From positions 1-36,551 of the IMG/VR virus record IMGVR_UViG_3300012953_000006: a stretch of DNA of 36,551 nt; one strand, 5' to 3'. The notes under the pieces are model-generated. The model searched no databases, was not told the origin of the DNA, and saw nothing but the letters and a program-made list of their open reading frames with translations. The position numbers and the translations under genes are program-made. Numbering within the stretch: position 1 is the first letter of the stretch; every line of letters begins with the position of its first letter. The DNA is from a virus. Its lineage: Duplodnaviria > Caudoviricetes. Positions 1 through 8,483 of this stretch are shown here, piece after piece.

Positions 1-123
1 AATGATGTATCTGAAGTTCAGAAAGTTGTTGGTGGAAAAGATAACTATTCACAACTATTAGACTGGTCTTCTAAAAATCTTTCACAAGCAGAAAAAGACG
101 CTTTCAATAATACAATAGATAAT
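1..123. repeat. Terminal direct overlap, copy 1 (assembly circularity)
   Basis: Identical to 36429-36551; lies inside the scaffold ORF. Confidence 0.95.
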
Positions 124-354
124 GGAAGCACTGAACAAGTGAAGATGGCAGTACAAGGTCTTATGGGTAGAGCAGGTATGTCTGCTGATAATCCACAACA
201 AGATTTATTTGAGGGAAGTGTTGATAATACAAACACTGATGTCTTTGGTTCTGTAGCACAAGTCACAGACGCTATGAATGACCCAAGATACCAAAAAGAC
301 CCTGCATATAGAAAAGAAGTAGAAGATAAATTAGCCAGAAGTTCAGTAATCTAA
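1..354 (+). CDS. Capsid assembly scaffolding protein (T7 gp9-like), 3' part, continuing from 35958 across the origin
   Basis: Frame 1 open from base 1; C-terminal AMNDPRYQKDPAYRKEVEDKL is typical of gp9; lies between portal and capsid. Confidence 0.9.
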   Translation, partial: NDVSEVQKVVGGKDNYSQLLDWSSKNLSQAEKDAFNNTIDNGSTEQVKMAVQGLMGRAGMSADNPQQDLFEGSVDNTNTDVFGSVAQVTDAMNDPRYQKDPAYRKEVEDKLARSSVI

Positions 355-719
355 TGTTGAATTTTGTTTTACCTATTCTCAAAAATCCTTTGACTAGAAT
401 GATAGGTTCTAAAGTCATTGATGGGATTAATCATAAAATGGAGAAAGATAAAATAATTAGAGCAAAAGAAATTGAAGCTGTAAAAACAGTTTCTGTTGAA
501 CAAGTAAGACAACAAGAACACTCAATTAAAGATGAACTATTAACCATTTTAATTAGTGCTATTTTTATTTTTACTTTTCTACCATTTTCACAACCTTATA
601 TGACAAAAGGTTTTGAGATACTTAAATCAGCACCAACTGAATTTTGGTGGGCAGTTCTAATTGTCTTCTCAGGAAGTTTTGGAATGTCTACTCTTAAAAA
701 CATAAAGGGGAAAAAATAA
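354..719 (+). CDS. Membrane protein, putative holin
   Basis: 121 aa with two hydrophobic helices (LLTILISAIFIFTFLPF, FWWAVLIVFSGSFG) and a basic C-terminus; TAATG coupling. Confidence 0.6.
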   Translation: MLNFVLPILKNPLTRMIGSKVIDGINHKMEKDKIIRAKEIEAVKTVSVEQVRQQEHSIKDELLTILISAIFIFTFLPFSQPYMTKGFEILKSAPTEFWWAVLIVFSGSFGMSTLKNIKGKK

Positions 720-814
720 TGTACGGAAAAAAACCAAAGAAAAAATATAGCAAAAGTAAGAAACAACAATCTGCAATTGCTATTGCTAAAAAGAAAAAGC
801 TAAAGATTAAATAA
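719..814 (+). CDS. Lys-rich micro-protein, 31 aa (MYGKKPKKKYSKSKKQQSAIAIAKKKKLKIK)
   Basis: Translated by hand; TAATG overlaps at both ends. Confidence 0.7.
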   Translation: MYGKKPKKKYSKSKKQQSAIAIAKKKKLKIK

Positions 815-963
815 TGGCTTTATCTAAAGAACAAAAAGACACTTTAAAAAAACACAGTAAACATCACGGCAAAAAACATATGGCTATGATGAACGCTTTA
901 ATGAATAAAGGTAAGTCTTTTAAATTTGCTCACAGACAGGCACTTAAAATTGCAGGAAAGTAG
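814..963 (+). CDS. Basic His/Lys-rich micro-protein, 49 aa (MALSKEQKDTLKKHSKHHGKKHMAMM...)
   Basis: Translated by hand; TAATG coupling; abuts the next ORF. Confidence 0.75.
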   Translation: MALSKEQKDTLKKHSKHHGKKHMAMMNALMNKGKSFKFAHRQALKIAGK

Positions 964-1116
964 GTGGCAAAAAAGAAGAATAGTCTTCTTACTAAGATAG
1001 AACACGAAACTAGAAGTAAATTTAAGAAAACAAGTCAAAGCAAAAGAAGACCTAAGTTTTCATCAATGAATAAATCTAAGAAAAGAACATTTAAAAAGGC
1101 AAATAGAGGTGGCTAA
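964..1116 (+). CDS. Lys/Arg-rich micro-protein, 50 aa (MAKKKNSLLTKIEHETRSKFKK...)
   Basis: GTG start directly after the preceding TAG; AGGA upstream; overlaps the next gene by 8 nt. Confidence 0.7.
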   Translation: MAKKKNSLLTKIEHETRSKFKKTSQSKRRPKFSSMNKSKKRTFKKANRGG

Positions 1117-1369
1117 TCAACCATTAAATAAAATTATTCGTGAAACGAAAGGTAATAAAAAATTTAAAGTATTCGTTAAAGACGGAGACAAGATTAAAAC
1201 CGTAAGGTTTGGTGACGCTAATATGAGTATTAAGCGTGACGACCCACAAAGACGTAAAGCATTTTTTGATAGAATGAACCCAATACTAGCTAAAGTAAAA
1301 GGCAATAAAAAGTTATCGCCTGTGTATTGGTCTTTGAGGTCGTGGAAACTTGGAACAAAAATCACCTAA
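1109..1369 (+). CDS. Basic hypothetical protein (marine-phage type; VRFGD...RRKAF...SPVYW motif)
   Basis: 86-aa ORF with GTG start, in operon. Confidence 0.75.
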   Translation: MANQPLNKIIRETKGNKKFKVFVKDGDKIKTVRFGDANMSIKRDDPQRRKAFFDRMNPILAKVKGNKKLSPVYWSLRSWKLGTKIT

Positions 1370-1481
1370 GAAAAAATGTAAATGCAAAGAGTGTAAATGC
1401 AAAACAAAGCATAAAAAGAAAAAGAGATATACAACAGAAGAAGAATTTTGGAAGTTTATGTCTCAAAGATTTCACAAATGA
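1350..1481 (+). CDS. Cys/Lys-rich micro-protein, 43 aa (MEQKSPKKKCKCKECKCKTKHKKKK...)
   Basis: TTG start with GAGGT 9 nt upstream; fills the gap before the capsid leader. Confidence 0.5.
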   Translation: MEQKSPKKKCKCKECKCKTKHKKKKRYTTEEEFWKFMSQRFHK

Positions 1482-1605
1482 ACACCACTTCTCATAAGAG
1501 GGGTGTACTTATTAAAATCTAACTTAGCCACTTACGAGTGACAACTAGAATATGAAAGTAGATAAGTTGATAATAAATAAATAGTTAATAAGGAGAATAT
1601 AAACT

Positions 1606-2559
1606 ATGGCAAACGCTACACCAACAAGACTAGGTCAAAACCTAGCAACAGGTGACGCTAATGCTCTTTTCCTAAAAATATTTTCAGGCGAAGTTTTATC
1701 AGCTTTTGGTAGAGAAAACCAAATGATGAATATGACTACTGTCAGAAATATTCAAAATGGTAAATCTGCTTCTTTTCCAGTCACTGGTAAGATTACAGCA
1801 GACTATCATACAGCAGGAAATGAGATAACTGGCTCAACTGTTAAACAAACAGAAAAGCTAATCAACATAGACGATATGCTAATTTCTTCAACATTCGTTG
1901 CTGAAGTAGATGAACTGAAAAATCATTTTGATGTTCGTTCTATTTTTTCAAATGAAATGGGCAGAGCATTAGCGAAAAAAGTTGATAAGCACTTACTACA
2001 ACTAATCGTTAAAGCGAGTAGAAGTACTGCAAATATCAGTGGTGACACTGGTGCAGGTACTGAAATCGTAGACGCTGACGCTGATACAAATATGACTTCA
2101 TTAATTGAAAGCGTATTTGAAGCTATCCAAAAGTTAGATGAGAATGATGTTCCATCAAACGAGAGATATATGGTTGTCACACCAGACATTTACTACAAAT
2201 TAGCAAATGTTGATAAACTTGTAAGCAGAGATTTCTCAGCTAACAACGGTGACTTCGGTAAAGGTTCAGTAGTAGCAATCGGTGGAGTTCCAGTAATTAA
2301 ATCAAACACAGCAGTAGAGAGTTATGTAAACTCAGCTACTGATAGTGCAACTGGACAAAACAACGATTACTTAGTCAACGCTTCAGACGTTGTTGCAACT
2401 ATTTTTCAAAGAGGTGCAATAGGAACTGTAAAGAGAAAAGACTTAACTCTTGAAAGTACTTATGACCCAAGAAGAATGGGAACATTAATGACTGCAAGAA
2501 TGATGGTTGGACATAACATTCTAAGACCAGAATGTGCCGTTTCAATTAACAAATCGTAA
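1606..2559 (+). CDS. Major capsid protein (T7 gp10-like)
   Basis: ALFLKIFSGEVLSAF, IQNGKSASFPVTG and GHNILRPECA motifs; AAGGAG RBS. Confidence 0.96.
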   Translation: MANATPTRLGQNLATGDANALFLKIFSGEVLSAFGRENQMMNMTTVRNIQNGKSASFPVTGKITADYHTAGNEITGSTVKQTEKLINIDDMLISSTFVAEVDELKNHFDVRSIFSNEMGRALAKKVDKHLLQLIVKASRSTANISGDTGAGTEIVDADADTNMTSLIESVFEAIQKLDENDVPSNERYMVVTPDIYYKLANVDKLVSRDFSANNGDFGKGSVVAIGGVPVIKSNTAVESYVNSATDSATGQNNDYLVNASDVVATIFQRGAIGTVKRKDLTLESTYDPRRMGTLMTARMMVGHNILRPECAVSINKS

Positions 2560-2573
2560 TAGACGATAAACTT

Positions 2574-2613
2574 CAGGCGTAGAGATTAACACAGACAATC
2601 TACGCCTGTTGTT
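2574..2613 (+). terminator. Stem-loop terminator after capsid (T-phi position)
   Basis: CAGGCGTAGA (2574-2583) pairs with TCTACGCCTG (2599-2608), followed by TTGTT. Confidence 0.65.
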
Positions 2614-2629
2614 CAAAGGAGACATAAAA

Positions 2630-2707
2630 ATGATGTGTTGGTTTTGTAAATTCAGAAAATGGATAGGAAAGAAAATAGACCAATGGTTCGATAGTTTTCT
2701 ACCATAA
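2630..2707 (+). CDS. Micro-protein, 25 aa (MMCWFCKFRKWIGKKIDQWFDSFLP)
   Basis: AAGGAG RBS; its stop overlaps the tail tubular A start (TAATG). Confidence 0.6.
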   Translation: MMCWFCKFRKWIGKKIDQWFDSFLP

Positions 2708-3312
2708 TGACAACAACAACAAGAAGTACGGAATTAGAAGCCGTAAATGTTATTCTTTCAACAATTGGAGAAGCACCATTAAACTCTTTGAGTGGTTCTT
2801 TACCAGTAGATGGAACAGTAGCAAAAAATGTTTTATCAGAAGTTGCTAGAGAAGTTCAATCAGCAGGTTGGCACTTTAACACTCACTATAAAGCTACACT
2901 AACAAGAGATACAAATAACAAAATTCCAATAGGAACTAACGTAGTTAGAGTAGAACTAGACCCAAATCTAGTATCCAAAGCTGATTATGATTTAGTTCAA
3001 CGTGATGGCTTCCTATTTAATATGGCAAAAAATACTGACATATTTGATAGAAATTTTGAAGATGTCACTCAGGTTTTATTATTAGCTTTTAATGAAATAC
3101 CTGAACAAGCAAAAAGATATATTACAATAAGAAGTGCTAGAGTGTTTCACGATAGAACACTTGGTGCAAATACTTTACACAAATTTTCACAAGAAGATGA
3201 AAAACAAGCATTGTCAATTTTAAGAAATGCTGAAGCAAGAACTGGTGATTGGACAATCTTTGATACACCAGAGCAAATATACACAATAGCAAGAAACAAT
3301 AGAGGTTATTAA
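2707..3312 (+). CDS. Tail tubular protein A (gp11-like)
   Basis: ELEAVNVILSTIGEAP and VQSAGWHFN motifs; position. Confidence 0.93.
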   Translation: MTTTTRSTELEAVNVILSTIGEAPLNSLSGSLPVDGTVAKNVLSEVAREVQSAGWHFNTHYKATLTRDTNNKIPIGTNVVRVELDPNLVSKADYDLVQRDGFLFNMAKNTDIFDRNFEDVTQVLLLAFNEIPEQAKRYITIRSARVFHDRTLGANTLHKFSQEDEKQALSILRNAEARTGDWTIFDTPEQIYTIARNNRGY

Positions 3313-5669
3313 TGCCTTTAGTATCACGAACAATTCCTAATTTAGTTCAGGGTGTAAGTCAGCAACCAGAAGTTCTAAGACTTAGTTCACAAGCCACTGC
3401 ACAAATAAACGGATTTAGTTCTGTTGTTGAGGGTCTTAAAAAAAGACCACCAACTAATTATATTGCTAAATTATCTTCGTCTAGTTTTGGTAATTGTTTT
3501 GTTCACACAATTAATAGAGACGCAAACGAAAGATATGTTGTTATTGTAAAGAATGGTTCAATTGAAGTTTATGATATTGATGGAACACAGAAAACAGTAG
3601 TTAATCAAACTGGTGCTTCTGCTTACTTAACTTCTTCAGACCCAAAGAATGATTTTGTTTTAGTCACAGTAGCTGACAATACATTTGTTTTAAATAAAAG
3701 TATTGCCAATGAAATGGACACTACAACAAGTCCTGCAAAAGTAGAACAAGCAGTTTATTCAGTTTTACAAGGTGTTAATAGCACACCATACTCAATTACA
3801 ATTGATGGAACTACGACTACGTTTACTTCATCAAACACAAACACTAAAGATATTCGAGACGGATTAAAAAGTGCAATTGGAAGTCCGTCAGGAATAACTT
3901 TAGCAAACATTGGTGACAGTAGTTTTTCTATTGTTAAATCTTCAGGAACATTAAGTATATCAGCTTCTGATGGATTTGGTGATGACGCTTCACAAGTTGT
4001 TGCAGATACAGTACAGAATTTTTCTGATTTACCTCAACCTGCTATTAACAATATGGTTGTTGAAGTGACAGGAGACGCTTCAAATAATTTTGATAATTAT
4101 TTTGTAAAATATAATACTGATGTTTGGGAAGAAACTGTAAAACCTGCAACACCAATAAATATAAAGAATACAAAATTTCCTCATTTATTAATAAGAACTG
4201 CTGACGGAAACTTTAGGTTTACTCAGATAGATGGAAGTTCTTATACTATATCAGCTACTTCATATGATGTACCCACGTTAGGTAGCAGAGTAGCAGGAGA
4301 CTTAAACTCTGCACCTGACCCAAGTTTTATAGGAAAGAAGATAAATGATATTTTCTTTCATAGAAATAGACTAGGTGTACTTGCAGATGAAAATGTAATT
4401 ATGTCTAGAAGTGGAGAGTTCTTTGAGTTCTTTGCTGAAACAGTGACTTCTGCTTTAGATACTGACCCAATAGATGTTGCAAGTACTCACACTAAAGTAA
4501 GTATTCTACAGAACGCAGTTTCTTTTGATGAAGAACTTTTATTATTCTCAGAACAATCACAGTTTATGGTGACTGGTGGTGCAACATTAACTGCAAGTAA
4601 TATATCAATAAATGTCACAACAGAATTTGAAGCAGACAAAAGAGTTAAACCAGTCGGTTCAGGGTCTAATGTCTTCTTTACTTTTAATAAAGGAAATTTC
4701 ACAGGGGTTAGAGAGTTTTTCGTTGCGTCTGATACAGATACAAAGAAAGCTGACGATATTACTGCTAATGTTCCAAAGTTTGTACCTGCTAATGTTTTTA
4801 AACTTGCTACTTCTACTACTGAAAACATCTTAATAGCTTTGTCTTCTGATGAAGAAAATGCTCTTTATGTATTTCAATATTATGTAGCACAAAACAAAAG
4901 ACTACAATCTGCTTGGCATAAATGGACTTATGGTTCTACTACTTCAGATAAACTCTTAAATATAGACTTTATTGAAAATACTTTATTTATTGTAAATGAA
5001 AGAAGTGATGGAGTTTATTTAGAAAGTATTGATGTTTCACCTGCACTTACTGATACTGGAGAAACTTATCTTACTCATTTAGACAGAAAAATTAATAACA
5101 CTCAGATTACAGAAAGCTATAACGCAGGAACTAATCAGACTACTTTAACACTGCCATACACAATTAATAATACTATGAAAGTTGTTGGTAAGTCTGGGTC
5201 TACAAATAAAGCAGGTCAAGAGATAGCAACAGTCAGTCAATCAGGAACAAGTATAGTAGTTTCTGGTGATATTACTGCACAGAATTTTTTCATAGGAGAG
5301 CAATATGAATTTGAATTTCAATTCTCTCAACAATTTATCCAAGTAGCTGATAGCGTAGGAAGTAGAATTTCAGTTAAAGAGGGTAGATTACAAATAAGAA
5401 ACTGGTCGGTTTCTTTTAATGATACAGGATTTTTTACGACAGAGGTGACACCAGTAGGACGTAGTACATCAAATGCTACATTCACAGGTACTGTTTTAGG
5501 TTCAGGTCTTACAGGAACAATTAATTTAGAAGACGGAGATTTTGATTTCGCAGTTCAATCTGAGAATGACAAACTAACAGTAAAACTTAAAAACAATAGT
5601 CACTTACCTAGCAACTTCATAAATGCAAGTTGGCAAGGTTTCTATGTCACAGCAAGTCAAAGAATTTAA
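3312..5669 (+). CDS. Tail tubular protein B (gp12-like)
   Basis: IPNLVQGVSQQP, GLKKRPP, FFHRNRLG and QSAWHKW motifs. Confidence 0.95.
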   Translation: MPLVSRTIPNLVQGVSQQPEVLRLSSQATAQINGFSSVVEGLKKRPPTNYIAKLSSSSFGNCFVHTINRDANERYVVIVKNGSIEVYDIDGTQKTVVNQTGASAYLTSSDPKNDFVLVTVADNTFVLNKSIANEMDTTTSPAKVEQAVYSVLQGVNSTPYSITIDGTTTTFTSSNTNTKDIRDGLKSAIGSPSGITLANIGDSSFSIVKSSGTLSISASDGFGDDASQVVADTVQNFSDLPQPAINNMVVEVTGDASNNFDNYFVKYNTDVWEETVKPATPINIKNTKFPHLLIRTADGNFRFTQIDGSSYTISATSYDVPTLGSRVAGDLNSAPDPSFIGKKINDIFFHRNRLGVLADENVIMSRSGEFFEFFAETVTSALDTDPIDVASTHTKVSILQNAVSFDEELLLFSEQSQFMVTGGATLTASNISINVTTEFEADKRVKPVGSGSNVFFTFNKGNFTGVREFFVASDTDTKKADDITANVPKFVPANVFKLATSTTENILIALSSDEENALYVFQYYVAQNKRLQSAWHKWTYGSTTSDKLLNIDFIENTLFIVNERSDGVYLESIDVSPALTDTGETYLTHLDRKINNTQITESYNAGTNQTTLTLPYTINNTMKVVGKSGSTNKAGQEIATVSQSGTSIVVSGDITAQNFFIGEQYEFEFQFSQQFIQVADSVGSRISVKEGRLQIRNWSVSFNDTGFFTTEVTPVGRSTSNATFTGTVLGSGLTGTINLEDGDFDFAVQSENDKLTVKLKNNSHLPSNFINASWQGFYVTASQRI

Positions 5670-6108
5670 CGGATTTCGTTTATCTATACACGAAGACTGC
5701 ATTTATTTAGCAGATAAACTTCGGTACGAAGATAAAAGAGAAATCTTAGACGCAAGTGGTTTTGCACCATATGGTGGACTACTAAAGAGTTATGTAAACT
5801 CTGAAGTTTGTTTCACTATTATTGATAAAGATGACGTACCAGTTGGTATGTTTGGTGTCAGTAAAGATGGTGGTATTTGGCTCTTAGCGTCTAATGAAAT
5901 ATTTAGGATACGATTTTCTTTCTTACGAGAAAGTAGAAAGGTCGTAGACTTTTTAAACAACAAATATCCAAAACTATGGAACTACGTTGATTGTAGAAAT
6001 GAACTACATATCAGGTGGCTTAAATGGTGTGGATTTAAATTTTTACGAAAAATTAAATACGGAGTATCTCAAAAACCTTTTTATGAGTTTATAAGAATAT
6101 GTGTGTAG
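5644..6108 (+). CDS. Internal virion protein A-like (gp13, GNAT-like fold)
   Basis: LWNYVDCRNELHIRWLKWCGF motif; position; start could be 5623 or 5644. Confidence 0.8.
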   Translation: MSQQVKEFNGFRLSIHEDCIYLADKLRYEDKREILDASGFAPYGGLLKSYVNSEVCFTIIDKDDVPVGMFGVSKDGGIWLLASNEIFRIRFSFLRESRKVVDFLNNKYPKLWNYVDCRNELHIRWLKWCGFKFLRKIKYGVSQKPFYEFIRICV

Positions 6109-6692
6109 AACCAACAACGGCATTAATGATTGCCAGTGCAGGTTCGTCATTGTTGCAATTCCAACAGGCGAAACAACAACAAAAGAACGTATACCAAGCA
6201 CAGAAAAGACAAAATGAAATTGCTAGAGAAAATGCAATTAGAAGATATGCAACTGAACAATTAAAGATAAGACAAGAAATTAAGAAAAGTTCTGCAAAAG
6301 GATTTGAAGCAAGTCTAAGGTCTAAAAAAGCTAGAGCAAAATTTATAGCAAGTTCAGAGGGATTAGCTTTATCTGGTTCACAAGAAGCATTATTTAGAGA
6401 TTATTATAGAGTTCAAGGTAATTACAATTCGTCATTACAAAATAACTTACAATTAAATATAAATCAGTTTGAAAGAAATTTAGAAGCAATTCAATTTGGA
6501 CAAAAAGCACAATCAACTTATGTTCAACCACCTAATCCAAACTTATTGTTTGTTTCTGGTGCATTGAATGTTGCTAATACTTATTATGGTTTACAAGTTC
6601 AAAAAGAACTTAGAGGTTTAAACCCAGACGCTTCTCAACCTAATCAATCAATGGACGTATCAAGTATGTCCGATAGTGGTTTTAGATACTAA
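6099..6692 (+). CDS. Internal virion protein B (gp14-like)
   Basis: MCVEPT N-terminus, Gln/Ala-rich helical sequence, size and position. Confidence 0.8.
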   Translation: MCVEPTTALMIASAGSSLLQFQQAKQQQKNVYQAQKRQNEIARENAIRRYATEQLKIRQEIKKSSAKGFEASLRSKKARAKFIASSEGLALSGSQEALFRDYYRVQGNYNSSLQNNLQLNINQFERNLEAIQFGQKAQSTYVQPPNPNLLFVSGALNVANTYYGLQVQKELRGLNPDASQPNQSMDVSSMSDSGFRY

Positions 6693-8482
6693 TGGCTAAG
6701 AAAAGAACTACACCAGAATTAAATCTACAAAAAGAATTACCACAAGTTCTTTCAACAGATTTTAATTTATTTTATAAACCTGATGTTGCACCAATAGATA
6801 AAAGTGTAGACATATTTACAAAATCATTAGACGCTTTTGTATCAGGTGCAGGAACTGATTTAGTTATTGCAAGTGAACTTAAAGAAAAGAAAACTAATGA
6901 AGCAGAAGCAATAAAAGATTACAATGAGAATAGAGATAAGTTTACTAAACAAGTAGAAACTGGTTCTATTCCAAAAGAAGCAAATCCATATTACATAGAA
7001 AAATTACAAGAATTACATTTAAATAAAAAAGCTGAAGAATTTAAAATTCAAGCATACAAAAATTATGCACAAGCAAAATTAGGTCAGAATACTAATGTTG
7101 GTGCTTTTGATAGTTATTACGAAGACGAATTAAAAAACTTTGTAGCAACTAATCAATTAGGTACTTTCGCACCTGAAAAATTAGAGAAAGGTTTCTTTTC
7201 TAAAACTTCAGGCACAAGAAATTCACTTGCACAAACACACGCACAAAATCAACTTATTGCAGTAGGTGATGAATTTGATTTATTATTTAAAGAAAACATA
7301 CAAATATTTTTAAATAGTGATGAAACTGTTGAACAAAAAGGTGAAAAAATTTCTCTCTTTATTCAAGACGCAGTCAGAAATGGTGCAGGTAAAGTATCTA
7401 CAAGAAATTTATTATTAGATAGTTTAAAAGATTATTTAGCTACTACTTCTGATTTTGAGGGTGCGAATAGAATTATTAGAGAATTACCAAAGAGTATTAA
7501 TCTTTCAGGTCTTGGTGCTTTAGGTGATGTAAAAGCATTAGAGAATGATTTTAATGCACTTAAAGAAGCACTTGATTTAAGAGAAATAGAATTTTTAGAA
7601 ACAAAATCTAGAAGACAAAAAGCATTAGATGGTGTTGAAAAAGATAAAATTTACGACAGTTTAGAAACTTATGATAGTTTTGAGGATTACCAAAAGTCTG
7701 AAGAATACAATAGTCTTACTGAACCATCTAAAAAATTATCACAAAAAATATATGCTACTCACTTCTCAGGTTATGCAACAATTACAAACGAACAATCAAG
7801 AAGTGAAGTTGAAAAATTAATATTAGAAAGTAAGTTTGATGAAGCTAAAGATTATCTAATTGACAATCAATCACAGTTTAAAGAAGCAGAATTTAATAAA
7901 TTAAGAAACGAAGTAATAGTTTTAAAAGCTACAGAAAAAGATGGATTGATTACTCACGATTTATTTGTAGCTATTCAAGATAATATTGAGACAAATCTTC
8001 AAGCAGTAAATAAAGCGTCACCAACTGGGTCGCCTTTAGTATCACCATCATTGGGATTACAGTTTAAAAAAGAAATGGCTCAATGGTTAAAAGATAATCC
8101 AAAAGAAAATTATCCAAGTGCTTCAGCAAGACAAGAAGCATTTTTAAAAAAGGTAGCTGAAAGAAGTGAAGATTACTTAGGTATCATTGCTAAAAATCAA
8201 ATACCAGTTCCATCAAGTCAAATACCAACAGGTAATCAACAAAGTGGTAATGGTAATACAGAAATATTTAACCCAGATAAATTAGGTAAGAAGAAAGAAG
8301 TAGAGGGTTCAGAGGTAGCTATACCATCAAACAAAATTCAAGATAACGGACAACCTTTTAAAAGATTAAGTGATGTTCAAAAACAAATGACTGAAAATTT
8401 AACAGGTGAACAAATTAAAAGACAATTCGATATTGATTTTCCAATAAATGAAAAGTCACTATTTAGACCAATAAAGGATTAA
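6692..8482 (+). CDS. Internal virion protein C (gp15-like)
   Basis: 596-aa helical protein in the syntenic position. Confidence 0.65.
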   Translation: MAKKRTTPELNLQKELPQVLSTDFNLFYKPDVAPIDKSVDIFTKSLDAFVSGAGTDLVIASELKEKKTNEAEAIKDYNENRDKFTKQVETGSIPKEANPYYIEKLQELHLNKKAEEFKIQAYKNYAQAKLGQNTNVGAFDSYYEDELKNFVATNQLGTFAPEKLEKGFFSKTSGTRNSLAQTHAQNQLIAVGDEFDLLFKENIQIFLNSDETVEQKGEKISLFIQDAVRNGAGKVSTRNLLLDSLKDYLATTSDFEGANRIIRELPKSINLSGLGALGDVKALENDFNALKEALDLREIEFLETKSRRQKALDGVEKDKIYDSLETYDSFEDYQKSEEYNSLTEPSKKLSQKIYATHFSGYATITNEQSRSEVEKLILESKFDEAKDYLIDNQSQFKEAEFNKLRNEVIVLKATEKDGLITHDLFVAIQDNIETNLQAVNKASPTGSPLVSPSLGLQFKKEMAQWLKDNPKENYPSASARQEAFLKKVAERSEDYLGIIAKNQIPVPSSQIPTGNQQSGNGNTEIFNPDKLGKKKEVEGSEVAIPSNKIQDNGQPFKRLSDVQKQMTENLTGEQIKRQFDIDFPINEKSLFRPIKD

Positions 8483-8483
8483 T

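Noticed and set aside
2520-2575. T7 10B-like capsid frameshift extension
   Set aside because: No evident slippery site; tandem TAATAG stops and a terminator follow directly
2875-2893. TTTAACACTCACTATAAAG resembling T7/T3 promoters
   Set aside because: Single copy inside coding sequence (FNTHYK), no initiating G run, and unlike the motif repeated at the expected promoter positions
4612-4833. Short same-strand alternative-frame ORFs (also 14245-14472 and 16072-16287)
   Set aside because: 71-75 codons, no RBS and no obvious codon distortion, unlike 31445-31825
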